Notes under the pieces: generated by a model
Told to the model about the DNA's origin: nothing
The model's input: the letters and a program-made list of their open reading frames with translations, nothing else
Database searches by the model: none
Virus record (IMG/VR): IMGVR_UViG_3300029305_005547
Location: 64,001-128,000 of that record
Origin: a virus
Lineage: Duplodnaviria > Caudoviricetes
Length of the DNA: 64,000 nt
Direction: 5' to 3' (one strand)
Position numbers and translations under genes: made by a program
Shown here: in pieces, positions 39,834 to 49,690 of the stretch
How the letters are laid out: each line of letters opens with the position of its first letter
Numbering within the stretch: the first letter of the stretch is position 1

Positions 39834-41402
39834 ATGCAAAGAAAGAAGGTGAAAATAACCTTGGATTACGCTGTCGTAAATACAAAAAGATCATCATTAA
39901 AAGTATACTCTACAACTAACACGTCTGAAAAGAATTTGTTAGGTACTATAAAAGATGGAGAGATTGTAGAATTTAGTGATTTTAGAACAGTAAATAATGT
40001 TGAATGGGTAAAAATAAGTACTAAAGAAATTGCTGGATGGGTAATTTTAAAACACCCATCTGTTAATTATTCGTATTTAGAACCTATGGATGCAATGTTA
40101 TATGCTAACACAGACGCATCATTTAATGCTGCTATTGCAAGGCAGACTGATAAAAGTTCTGTTGTAAATAAAGTTTCTGCAGAAAATATGTCTGGAACAA
40201 AACGAGAAACAACAGGTGTTTGGTCTAATGCAAATGATAAAATAAAAAAAAGTACTGTAGAACTTACTCCTGCTGAAAAATCTTCTATTAAAAATTTCAG
40301 TTTTGGGGGTCAAAGAGAATATAGAGACAAGCCAGATTCCGCTATGCCTCCTCAAAAGGTACAGAATGCGAAAGGTTATCCTTTTTTAGGTGTTTACAAT
40401 AATCAAACAAAACGATATGAATATGACTATGGGACTGATTACTCTAATAATGAATTTATTACTGCTGTAAATGATTTAAGAAGTATTCATAATATGCAAG
40501 AAGAATCATCAATCCAATTGCATGATAGATATAGTAGATTCTATAATAGATTTAAGGTAGCAACACCTGATGACGTTTTATCAAGAACTTTTGCACATGT
40601 ATTTTTTACACGACCTGATTGCAATATTTTAAACTTTAATGGATCTGTGAGTTTAAGTGAACAAGTTTCCACTAACCCTGATTTTGTTCTTGAATCACAA
40701 AATAACATGTCTACTCTCATGCAATTGGTAAAAAATGTTGGTTTAAATCATCAATTTATGATGTTACCATCTAATAGAGTGACAAGTTTTGAATGTAAAG
40801 ACAGAACTATCAAATCTGATACTTATGGGAGAACTAAACATGGAAATAGTATTGCTTATGGACGCCATATTGACGATTCACAGGCTGCTAGTGAAGTGAG
40901 TATTGCTTTTACAGATGATAGAAACCTAAGATTATTTAGGATGCATCAGTTATGGGTTCAATATATATCTGATGTAAATAAAGGATTTCTTAAGCCATTT
41001 CAGAATCATCTTGCTAATAGAGAGCTTGACTATGCTTGTTCAGCATACTATATCGTGTGTGCAGAAAATGGAGAAGACATTATCTATTGGTCGAAGTTAT
41101 ACGGAGTATTTCCAACAAATATTCCAGATTCTATAATGACTTGGTCTAAGGGTCAATATGTAACAAATCCTGAAATTAATATTACATATCAGTATTCATT
41201 TAAACGTGATTGGAATGCTGATATTATTTCTGAATTTAACATGATGCACAATATAGCCAATTATGGCAGTACAACATATGTTAAAACATACGATAAAAAT
41301 ATTTTGTCTACTGGAAATACATGGGTAGGATCTCCGTTTATTGAAATGGTGAAAGATCCACTAGGACGTACAGTATACAAATTAAGATTTAGAAGATATT
41401 AA
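39834..41402 (+). CDS. SH3-domain-containing baseplate/tail-tube-fold protein
   Basis: N-terminal SH3b-like segment (LKVY..GTIKDGEIV..WVKI..GWV); C-terminal tube-like segment (KLYGVFPTNIP..INITYQY); late-type promoter 39815-39828; precedes the wedge gene. Confidence 0.55.
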   Translation: MQRKKVKITLDYAVVNTKRSSLKVYSTTNTSEKNLLGTIKDGEIVEFSDFRTVNNVEWVKISTKEIAGWVILKHPSVNYSYLEPMDAMLYANTDASFNAAIARQTDKSSVVNKVSAENMSGTKRETTGVWSNANDKIKKSTVELTPAEKSSIKNFSFGGQREYRDKPDSAMPPQKVQNAKGYPFLGVYNNQTKRYEYDYGTDYSNNEFITAVNDLRSIHNMQEESSIQLHDRYSRFYNRFKVATPDDVLSRTFAHVFFTRPDCNILNFNGSVSLSEQVSTNPDFVLESQNNMSTLMQLVKNVGLNHQFMMLPSNRVTSFECKDRTIKSDTYGRTKHGNSIAYGRHIDDSQAASEVSIAFTDDRNLRLFRMHQLWVQYISDVNKGFLKPFQNHLANRELDYACSAYYIVCAENGEDIIYWSKLYGVFPTNIPDSIMTWSKGQYVTNPEINITYQYSFKRDWNADIISEFNMMHNIANYGSTTYVKTYDKNILSTGNTWVGSPFIEMVKDPLGRTVYKLRFRRY

Positions 41403-41412
41403 ATGAAATGAG

Positions 41413-44400
41413 GTGAGTCTTAAGTTGGAAAGTACAACAAGAAATTATCGCGATAATTTCGATATAAAAGCCCTTACAACAGATGTACTTATCCCTAAGT
41501 ATTTCCCTGGTCAGGATATATCAACAAGATCATCCGGACTTATTGGACTTACTACAGAGCAGATAGCTACAATATCTGAAGATACTTTTTATACAACTTC
41601 TACGTTGTTAAAAGAGTTTTTTATACAAAAAGCTACATTACCTGAATCAATATATAGTTACGCATCGTTGTTTCAGTTAAGTAATGTATTAGGATCTGCA
41701 TCTAAATGTAGATTTTTACTTGTTCTCGATGAGAATGAACTTAGTAAAGTATTCGAAGAAGCTAATATGTATGCAACTTCAACGACTCAGAATACTATTT
41801 ATCTGAGTAAGAATACTATGATTTATGTAGAAGACATTCCATTTGTGTTTGATTACGATATTGAAATTACTCGTAAAAAGACAAAACTGGCTTCTACAGA
41901 ATATGTTTATGGTGCTAAGTATGTAGTAACAGAGTTTAACAACTCAATTTCTGATATAACGAATCCGTATATCAAGATTAGAAGAACTGTCGATGGTTAT
42001 TTTGCTCTTGAAGTTATTGGACGCCAGTGTATCAGAACAGAAACTACTGAGGCACTTATTGACAACTCAGTTATTAATTATCCTATAATTGATGTAAGAT
42101 TCGATGGAATTCTTGCTGGTTTTGATGCTTGGTATAAACCACCTGGAGCTACCGAATATACACAGTTATTATTAAGAGTTGAAAACTCTTTACCTGAAAA
42201 GGATCCGTTCTGTTATTACAAGATGGCTGATGAAAATGTTCTTAGGCTTTCTTTTAGTTTAAACGATTCATATTTTCAGCCTGAATTTAATTCAGAACTT
42301 AAGATTATTACCTATACTACTATGGGTAAGAATGGTAACTTTAAATCTTACTCTGGTAAGGCAGTTACTATAATTAAAGATTCTGAGACTTATTCATATA
42401 ATGAGTCTTTCATAATTGGAGCTGTTGTTACTTCAGCTGCTGAAGGTGGTCAGGACAATATTAGTATTGAAGATTTGAGAAGACTTACGGCTACTCAATT
42501 TAGTACAGCTTCTGTACTTAGCACAGACCATGACCTTGAGTTGTATTTTGAGAATTACGAAGCTAGAAATGGAAATGTAATTAATTTCATTAAGCGCCGT
42601 GATGATTTAGCAGCTCGTTTGTATACAGGATTTATGGTATGTAAAAATGAAGACTATGTATATCCTACAAATACATTGGATATTTCTATGAATTATAACG
42701 AATGGGAAAATCCTGATGGTGGATATACGTTTACACATGATCCTGGTTTTCTTTATACTTATGAAATGGAATCCGGTTCAAATAATCGTGTTGTTCCGTT
42801 GTATAAAGAAGGATTCAAAGATAATAAAGGTTTTATTAATTTCCAAGGACAAACTGTGTATCAAAACTTGATGAAAGATTATTTTGAATGGTTGAATGAA
42901 ATCAATCCTTCAGTTAATCCTAACTATGATAGAGAAGATCCTGATTGGGAATTAAACTGGATCGCTTCTAAAAGTGAAACAGAAACTTTGAAATATTATA
43001 TCGAGAATGTGGTTATGACTTGTCCTGATTGTGGTTATCAAACCCACAGATATTATGAGGATGAAGAAGGTAATAAACTTTGTCCTTGTTGTCATGGATC
43101 AAGCGAAAGAACTACAGGTAATAATGAGATCAATGATTACGGACTAACTGTTTTTGATTCTGAGGAAATTGAAAGTCGTATTACAAAAGATATGTTTGTA
43201 TATTCAAACCCTTTCCTTATGAGTTTGACAAAACATCCCGGTCTTGTTAATTATTATTTGACGATCATTAATCAAACATCATTACTTGACTTTATTAATT
43301 ATAACATAAATGTACCAACACAGTTCATTATCAGTCAGGCTACAGTTCAAAGACCATTGAGTAAAATGAAAGAATATACTGTATCTTTACGACTTATGGC
43401 ATCCATGCAGTGGAATCCGGAATTACTTATTCCTGGAATTTCAAAAGAAGATTATGTTGGTAAACGTACACAGGTTAAAAATAACTATGTGCGTGTTATG
43501 ATGATTATTCAAGATGGTGGTACTGAAGCGTGCTACCTTGAAATGGTTCCTACATCTTATGACAAAGAACTTGACGTTATTACGTTTGAGTGTAAGTTTA
43601 AGACTAATGACCATGTTACTTTAGGTAATCAAATGCAACTTCAGGATTATACTAATGAGGAGCTTGGGTATATCCCTCATTATGATGAAACTTCTTCTAC
43701 AGAATATACTCTTGAAGAAGAGGAAACAATGAAAGTATTTGTGGAAGAAAGAGAATACATTGAAGATAGTATTGATACAACATCATATGATGTATCTTTA
43801 ATGAGTGAACTTAGTGACGCTACCTTTGACGAAACGGAAGAATCAACAGATGAAGAATCTGGTGATATTTTACCTGATGAAACTCCTATGGTTGATAATT
43901 CTAATACAAGAGGTAATTTCACGTATATCACAAATAAATCTTCAAAACTTATCCCTATGACTGAAGTCGATATTCGTTTTGTGGTTCTTTATAAGGATCC
44001 GGAAGTCGATGAAGAAAAAGGTGAAACACATGTAACCAATAATTATCCTAATTCTGCAGCATTCTTTAGTTTGATAGGTTATGAGTGGACCAACATCTAT
44101 TCTACATTCACAGATAGAGTTGATCTTATCAAACCTTTATCAATGCTTAGAAGTACGATGTATTTTAGAGATGATAGGTTATATAATGTAACGAATGGAG
44201 ATATATATCTTTATTCTTCTCCTATGGTTAAGTATTCACTTATGAATCACTATAATTCAAAAGGAGAACTTACAAAAAATGAATCAGGTAAAACCAATTA
44301 TGAGATGTTTACTTATTTGATAGATCAGTGGTATTCTCAGTATCAGAACTTAGAAGTAGTGCTATCTTCTATTATCTGTCAGGCGTCATATATTGACCTT

Positions 44401-44862
44401 AAATGGTATAATACCTACGGAAGAAGTAAGAACTACATCATTGGTGATGAAGATCAGATCATCGATAGAGTTAATATCTCTATTGCGTTCCATATTTATT
44501 TGGTTGCTGGAACTGATTCTATTAAAGCAAATGATGAATTAAAGACGTTCATTAAAGAAACGATTGAGAGTCTTAACTCAGAAGGAATCAATGAACTTCA
44601 TATTTCTAACATCATGAGAACCATTGAAAACAACTTTGCATATGTTGATCATATTAAGTTTATTGGTATCAATGGCGAAGTTGGTGAAGATGGAAATTAC
44701 AAGAGAACTGAAACTATGGGTTATAGTACAGACTATCAGTCAATTAAGAGTATAACATCTGATATCAATGAACTTAGTAAAGAGGAGCGTTTTTCCTATG
44801 TTCCTGAAATGCTTTGTATTAATAAAGATCAGATTTGTCTCGTTTTCTACGAAGAAAATTAA
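41413..44862 (+). CDS. Baseplate wedge subunit (T4 gp6-like)
   Basis: KATLPESIYSYA and AEGGQDNISIEDLR motifs typical of gp6/J-like wedge proteins; 1149 aa with CPDC/CPCC and acidic inserts. Confidence 0.7.
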   Translation: MSLKLESTTRNYRDNFDIKALTTDVLIPKYFPGQDISTRSSGLIGLTTEQIATISEDTFYTTSTLLKEFFIQKATLPESIYSYASLFQLSNVLGSASKCRFLLVLDENELSKVFEEANMYATSTTQNTIYLSKNTMIYVEDIPFVFDYDIEITRKKTKLASTEYVYGAKYVVTEFNNSISDITNPYIKIRRTVDGYFALEVIGRQCIRTETTEALIDNSVINYPIIDVRFDGILAGFDAWYKPPGATEYTQLLLRVENSLPEKDPFCYYKMADENVLRLSFSLNDSYFQPEFNSELKIITYTTMGKNGNFKSYSGKAVTIIKDSETYSYNESFIIGAVVTSAAEGGQDNISIEDLRRLTATQFSTASVLSTDHDLELYFENYEARNGNVINFIKRRDDLAARLYTGFMVCKNEDYVYPTNTLDISMNYNEWENPDGGYTFTHDPGFLYTYEMESGSNNRVVPLYKEGFKDNKGFINFQGQTVYQNLMKDYFEWLNEINPSVNPNYDREDPDWELNWIASKSETETLKYYIENVVMTCPDCGYQTHRYYEDEEGNKLCPCCHGSSERTTGNNEINDYGLTVFDSEEIESRITKDMFVYSNPFLMSLTKHPGLVNYYLTIINQTSLLDFINYNINVPTQFIISQATVQRPLSKMKEYTVSLRLMASMQWNPELLIPGISKEDYVGKRTQVKNNYVRVMMIIQDGGTEACYLEMVPTSYDKELDVITFECKFKTNDHVTLGNQMQLQDYTNEELGYIPHYDETSSTEYTLEEEETMKVFVEEREYIEDSIDTTSYDVSLMSELSDATFDETEESTDEESGDILPDETPMVDNSNTRGNFTYITNKSSKLIPMTEVDIRFVVLYKDPEVDEEKGETHVTNNYPNSAAFFSLIGYEWTNIYSTFTDRVDLIKPLSMLRSTMYFRDDRLYNVTNGDIYLYSSPMVKYSLMNHYNSKGELTKNESGKTNYEMFTYLIDQWYSQYQNLEVVLSSIICQASYIDLKWYNTYGRSKNYIIGDEDQIIDRVNISIAFHIYLVAGTDSIKANDELKTFIKETIESLNSEGINELHISNIMRTIENNFAYVDHIKFIGINGEVGEDGNYKRTETMGYSTDYQSIKSITSDINELSKEERFSYVPEMLCINKDQICLVFYEEN

Positions 44863-44883
44863 AAAAGAAGACCAGTGTGTTTT

Positions 44884-45969
44884 TCACACTGGTCTTCCTG
44901 TTTTTGAATCTGTATAGGTAATTTCTTCAACCTCTGGGCTATCAATCTTTAACGATAGTGTATAAATACATAACCAATCATTAGTAATAAGTATTTTGTC
45001 TACTTTAAGGAAGTTAATAGGTATGCCGAAATTTTTAAACTTGGTATTAGCCTCCAATTCCTTCACTATATATGCATCGTATTCTTTCTTGTGCTTCTTA
45101 AAATCTTCTCTGAATTTTCTAATATCATTATCAAACCCAGAGGAGATCACTGATAATTCTATAGTAATATAATCAAAGGTTTTCCGGCGATTGTTGTGGG
45201 CAAACTTTTCAAATGAAATCTTTATTTTCGGCATAATAGGAAGATCTAAATCTATGCTGTTATAATTCCTTTGAATAATAATTTCATTCCTATGATTATA
45301 CTTATCCCGAAGTTCGCTTGGATGTTGCCCCTCTTTTAATTCATTGATTATGTCTGTCATCATCGCTAAAGGTTTTAATTTCTTTGTCGTCATCATTCCG
45401 GTAATAGATTTTTCAAATCCTACGAAGTTATACACACAAATATATGCATCACTGAGGTTATTTTCGTATTTTTGATGAAGTCTATTTACAAACATTTGAT
45501 ATGGTTTCATAACCCGTTCTCTGTATAAAACATTCGTGCTGAAATGTACCTCATACGCAAATTCATATTCACTTACAATCCCTGTATTTTTATTAATCGT
45601 TTTTATACTAAACGAAAATACATGATTTATTTTAGTTCCGATAAATATTGATGTATCAGATGATGTTAATGGTTTGTAATATACACGATCATCATAATAT
45701 CCATTGCCTGAACGATAATACATATCGGAAATATATCTTGGACTATTACGGCTAATATCTATAAATCCGGTATCCAAATAATTAGTGATACCTTCAGTGA
45801 AATTTCCGAAATCTTTCGATACAGGCATCGATAAAATGATTTCGTGTTTAAAATCAACATCACTTATGGAATTAAACAAATTAAATTCGCTCAAATCTTT
45901 CAGAGTTAATTCTATAGTTTTCATTAGTATCATCCTCTCTACTTGTCTTCTTCTGGTGTATAGCCACAT
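44884..45969 (-). CDS. Hypothetical protein
   Basis: ~350-aa ORF in a minus-strand operon. Confidence 0.65.
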   Translation of the reverse strand: MWLYTRRRQVERMILMKTIELTLKDLSEFNLFNSISDVDFKHEIILSMPVSKDFGNFTEGITNYLDTGFIDISRNSPRYISDMYYRSGNGYYDDRVYYKPLTSSDTSIFIGTKINHVFSFSIKTINKNTGIVSEYEFAYEVHFSTNVLYRERVMKPYQMFVNRLHQKYENNLSDAYICVYNFVGFEKSITGMMTTKKLKPLAMMTDIINELKEGQHPSELRDKYNHRNEIIIQRNYNSIDLDLPIMPKIKISFEKFAHNNRRKTFDYITIELSVISSGFDNDIRKFREDFKKHKKEYDAYIVKELEANTKFKNFGIPINFLKVDKILITNDWLCIYTLSLKIDSPEVEEITYTDSKTGRPV

Positions 45970-46943
45970 TCTTTATACATAGTTCTAAACGAATTTCCAA
46001 CACCACTTTGTAATCTGTATACTATGTCAAATAATGGTGTATCATTAGCCTTTGCTAATGTGGTAAGATTAATTTTTTGTATATAGAACTTGTACCATAC
46101 ATTTGTAACATGCTGGTACTGGTGCTGAATTTTATTTAGAAACTCTTCTAGTTTAGACTTATCAATCATAAGTTCTAAAGATTCTGGTGTTGTTATTGTT
46201 ATTATTTCAGCATTCGCATCATTTAACATCTGTACTACTTCCGGATAAGTAATATCCATTTTAAACATCTTATACCATTCAAACACCAAGTTATAAGGAA
46301 ATTCGGTATTAGTCAAAGGTACTCCGGAAAAGAGTAATGATGAACTTAATCTATTTAGAATTTTCTCCATTTCGGAACCCTTGAATTTATTCATCTCGAA
46401 AATATGATATAATCTTGATGACTTATCCATCAGCATTTTTCTAGGGTATACTCTTACAACATGATGTTGCACTGAGTTAAGATAATAGTCATTATTATCA
46501 AAATACCATTTTTCAACATCTGAAAACGATGACAAATTTTCCAGACCGTGTAACTCTAGTAACGAAATCTTGTACTTTGAAAAATCGTCCCATGATCCTA
46601 CTAAGTCACTTAGATATTCAAACTCATCCCTGCTCTCAGTATTCTCAAAATACTTATGAGGATTCATGAATACATCTTTTATACCTAACACCACCATTAA
46701 ATAGTTTCTTCTTGAATCAAAAACATAACTATCAAATTCATCAATCTCTCTTCCTGTCAATTTCCAATCAGTCAAACTAATCACATGATCAACGAAATCT
46801 TGGACTGTTATAATATCATTTTTCTTCATAAAAGGGATTACATGTTTGGAAATATCACATATAATCAAAATTTTTTCAGATCCTTTTACATAACGATCTA
46901 ATGGTTTTGAATAATATTCTTTCAATTTACATTTAATTGCCAT
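45939..46943 (-). CDS. Hypothetical protein
   Basis: 334 aa, AAGGAG RBS. Confidence 0.7.
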   Translation of the reverse strand: MAIKCKLKEYYSKPLDRYVKGSEKILIICDISKHVIPFMKKNDIITVQDFVDHVISLTDWKLTGREIDEFDSYVFDSRRNYLMVVLGIKDVFMNPHKYFENTESRDEFEYLSDLVGSWDDFSKYKISLLELHGLENLSSFSDVEKWYFDNNDYYLNSVQHHVVRVYPRKMLMDKSSRLYHIFEMNKFKGSEMEKILNRLSSSLLFSGVPLTNTEFPYNLVFEWYKMFKMDITYPEVVQMLNDANAEIITITTPESLELMIDKSKLEEFLNKIQHQYQHVTNVWYKFYIQKINLTTLAKANDTPLFDIVYRLQSGVGNSFRTMYKECGYTPEEDK

Positions 46944-46994
46944 AAGTCATTCTCCTTTAAAAATAATGAGGGTGATATTTTATCACCCTCATTA

Positions 46995-48056
46995 TTACAT
47001 GATTATTGTTTTACCTTTAAAAGGTTTATCTTTATTTTTGTTATATGACTCGATATAAATAGTTTTACCAGTCTTTTTATAATGTCTGAAATGTCCTGTA
47101 ACAGAATATTGATATTCACAAGGTCTTCTAGCACGTCTTTGAAACGTTTCATAAGATTTTCTGTCACTAAATTTAATAACCATATCATCTATAGTAATAA
47201 CCTTTCTATCATCAGTTTTAGTAACAGGTTTTTGTTCTCGTGAACTAAGATTAGATAATCTTTTTAAACTATTATGAGAAGACACCTTTATTGTCGGTCG
47301 TGTAGCAAGTTGACACTGGATCTCATAATTAATAGCAATGCAAAATAATGCTATAGAATTAACATTGAATAATAGGTCACCTATATGATCTGCTGCATAT
47401 TTAAAAATATCTTGTTTATATTCATTTCTCATTTTGTCTATCATCTGTAATTGACTTTCAATACTTGACATAGTCCAAATACTACTATCAATGAAAAACG
47501 GTATATAGATATGCTGAAGGATTTCCATTGTTATAGGTATATGAGAATCATCTAAACCAGCAGATAAATATGGTTTTGATATAATCTCAACGTCTAAAAT
47601 TTCAGGATCGACAAATATTGTAGTATAATCAGCTTTACCTAAACCATAACCTGGTTCAAACGAATATATGTCAATAACCGCTAAATTATTTTCTTTCGGA
47701 TCACTGTTACGTATATGAACCCACCAACTCGTTCCGGATTGCTGTTTATTAGGAATTCTTATAATAAATTCCTCAAAAATGAATGAGAATGGTAGTTTTA
47801 AATCTGAATAGGATTTGAATATATTTTTGGCATATTTTACCATTCTATCACAATTAAAACTATCAATTAGTTCAATACGATTTCGTTGTTTTATTTCTTT
47901 GAATGATAGATGATGAATAGACTCAAAATCATCCATATCATCGTAATTAATATATTTACTAGGTATTCGTGTTGACGAATGCATAGTTTTGAGAGATTGT
48001 GTAATCTCTTGAGTTAAATAACTATTAAAATCGAAATTCTTCATAAAATCAAACAT
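46995..48056 (-). CDS. Hypothetical protein with basic C-terminal VxGHxR motif (possibly nucleic-acid binding)
   Basis: YSVTGHFRHYKKTGKTIYIESY; AGGAGG RBS; early-type motif 48096-48103. Confidence 0.65.
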   Translation of the reverse strand: MFDFMKNFDFNSYLTQEITQSLKTMHSSTRIPSKYINYDDMDDFESIHHLSFKEIKQRNRIELIDSFNCDRMVKYAKNIFKSYSDLKLPFSFIFEEFIIRIPNKQQSGTSWWVHIRNSDPKENNLAVIDIYSFEPGYGLGKADYTTIFVDPEILDVEIISKPYLSAGLDDSHIPITMEILQHIYIPFFIDSSIWTMSSIESQLQMIDKMRNEYKQDIFKYAADHIGDLLFNVNSIALFCIAINYEIQCQLATRPTIKVSSHNSLKRLSNLSSREQKPVTKTDDRKVITIDDMVIKFSDRKSYETFQRRARRPCEYQYSVTGHFRHYKKTGKTIYIESYNKNKDKPFKGKTIIM

Positions 48057-48281
48057 GGTATAGCCCTCCTTGGTATTTTCATATATTCTATATAAATAAT
48101 ATATCTTTCAAAATACAGATTTTATCAGGTGTCTTGGGGTCATGGTGAAGTTCTTCCAATGTTCATTGTAATTTTTGATAATAAGTATCTCTAGTAGAAA
48201 TTGATCTATTAGAGATATTTATTTATTCCACATTATAATAAAAATCAAGTTATTTTTAAATGTATCAAAAGAGAGGTTACA

Positions 48282-48464
48282 GTGATGGTATTATCTGAAA
48301 AGAGTGCTGCTAGTCAGTATAGTGGATACTTAGAAAATCTTTGTAATCCATTTTTCTTATCTAAAGCAGCATTAAAAACAATGGAACGAAAACCATACCA
48401 TTTAGATAACGGTAGAAACCTTATCAAAGAGTATGAAGAACTTCTTAAAAAGAAAGGACGGTAA
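48282..48464 (+). CDS. Small hypothetical protein upstream of the endolysin
   Basis: 60 aa, GAGG RBS. Confidence 0.5.
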   Translation: MMVLSEKSAASQYSGYLENLCNPFFLSKAALKTMERKPYHLDNGRNLIKEYEELLKKKGR

Positions 48465-48470
48465 ACAATA

Positions 48471-49412
48471 ATGGCAAATGTTGTTTCACAGAACCAGGTT
48501 GTTGATTGGTTTGAAAAACTGTATGCTACGGGAGCTGTTTATGTTTGGGGTGCTAATGGTGATAATATCACTAAGACCTTAATGGATAAGCTCTATGCAT
48601 GTTATGGATCAGCAACCTATAACAAAGACTATTATAATGCTAAATTAGCAGAAGGAAAAGGAAAAATTGGAGCAGACTGCTCTGGTGCGTTCTTTAAATT
48701 ATCCGGTGTTGATAGAACAGCTAAAGGATACTACAAGAACTGTACTAAGACTGGAAGAATTGCTTCTATTCCTAAGGACAAAGTATGTCTTGTATTTAAC
48801 AAGAATTTGACACATGTTGGTTGTTATCTCGGTAATGGATATACTATTGAGATGAGAAGTTCTAAGCTCAATGTATATAAAGAGAAACTTAAAACAAGCA
48901 GATGGTATTACTTTGGTTTGGCAGATTTCATCGATTATTCAACTCCTGTTGAAACTCTTGAAACTGAAATTGCTGCAGCTAATGTAGTTATTTGTGAATA
49001 TCAGAAATGGGTCAATTCTATTCTTGACGGTTCCGATATCAATGCTGATGGTGTTTGGGGACCTAAGACAAAGAAACAGACAGTAAGACTGCTTCAGCAT
49101 ATCTTTAATACATACTATGGTACTAAGCTTGTTGAAGATGGTTCTTATGGACCTAAAACAAAGAAAGCTTGCCCTGGTTATTCTGTATTGAAGAAAAATG
49201 CAGAGGCATTTGAAATGATTACATACATCGTTCATGTATATTTATATGCTGTATGTAAATATGAGATGGAAGGTATTATTAACGTAACCAAGGTATCTAA
49301 AACATATAACGACTATACTAAGTTGTATGTATCCGAATACCAGAATGATACACGTGGACTTAAAGTTGATGGACTTGCAGGTCCTGCTACATTGTATCAG
49401 ATGTTTAAATAA
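48471..49412 (+). CDS. Endolysin: NlpC/P60-like catalytic domain plus peptidoglycan-binding repeats
   Basis: YVWGA..ADCSG..HVGCYLGNG; DGVWGPKT, DGSYGPKT and DGLAGPAT PG_binding_1 motifs. Confidence 0.85.
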   Translation: MANVVSQNQVVDWFEKLYATGAVYVWGANGDNITKTLMDKLYACYGSATYNKDYYNAKLAEGKGKIGADCSGAFFKLSGVDRTAKGYYKNCTKTGRIASIPKDKVCLVFNKNLTHVGCYLGNGYTIEMRSSKLNVYKEKLKTSRWYYFGLADFIDYSTPVETLETEIAAANVVICEYQKWVNSILDGSDINADGVWGPKTKKQTVRLLQHIFNTYYGTKLVEDGSYGPKTKKACPGYSVLKKNAEAFEMITYIVHVYLYAVCKYEMEGIINVTKVSKTYNDYTKLYVSEYQNDTRGLKVDGLAGPATLYQMFK

Positions 49413-49477
49413 CTTGATTTTTTGAGTAAGGTATGATTAAGTTCATACCTTACTTTTTATTATTAAAACAAACTTAT

Positions 49478-49690
49478 AAGTAATTAGAAAGCTGCAGTAT
49501 TTCTTTTGCAATACGGACACGTTTTGTTATGTATGGGTAACACCTCCTGTATGATTATGTATAGATGCGGATTGTAATCTTTTCGAGATTACTTTATGAA
49601 AATTCCAATGTTAACTCCTTTCTGGGTATTTCTAATTACTTGGGCAAAAGATTCCCTAGGTGGATTATCCACCTAGGGAATTTATTTTTA
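49478..49690 (+). ncRNA. Candidate structured late ncRNA
   Basis: Late-type promoter 49467-49480 with no credible + ORF; 13-bp pairing of 49478-49490 with 49629-49641; internal hairpin 49574-49592; terminator 49651-49690. Confidence 0.4.

Noticed and set aside
48120-48220. Slightly G-rich intergenic stretch as a cassette remnant
   Set aside because: No trace of the 81-bp element and only a ~20-codon frame; insufficient support.
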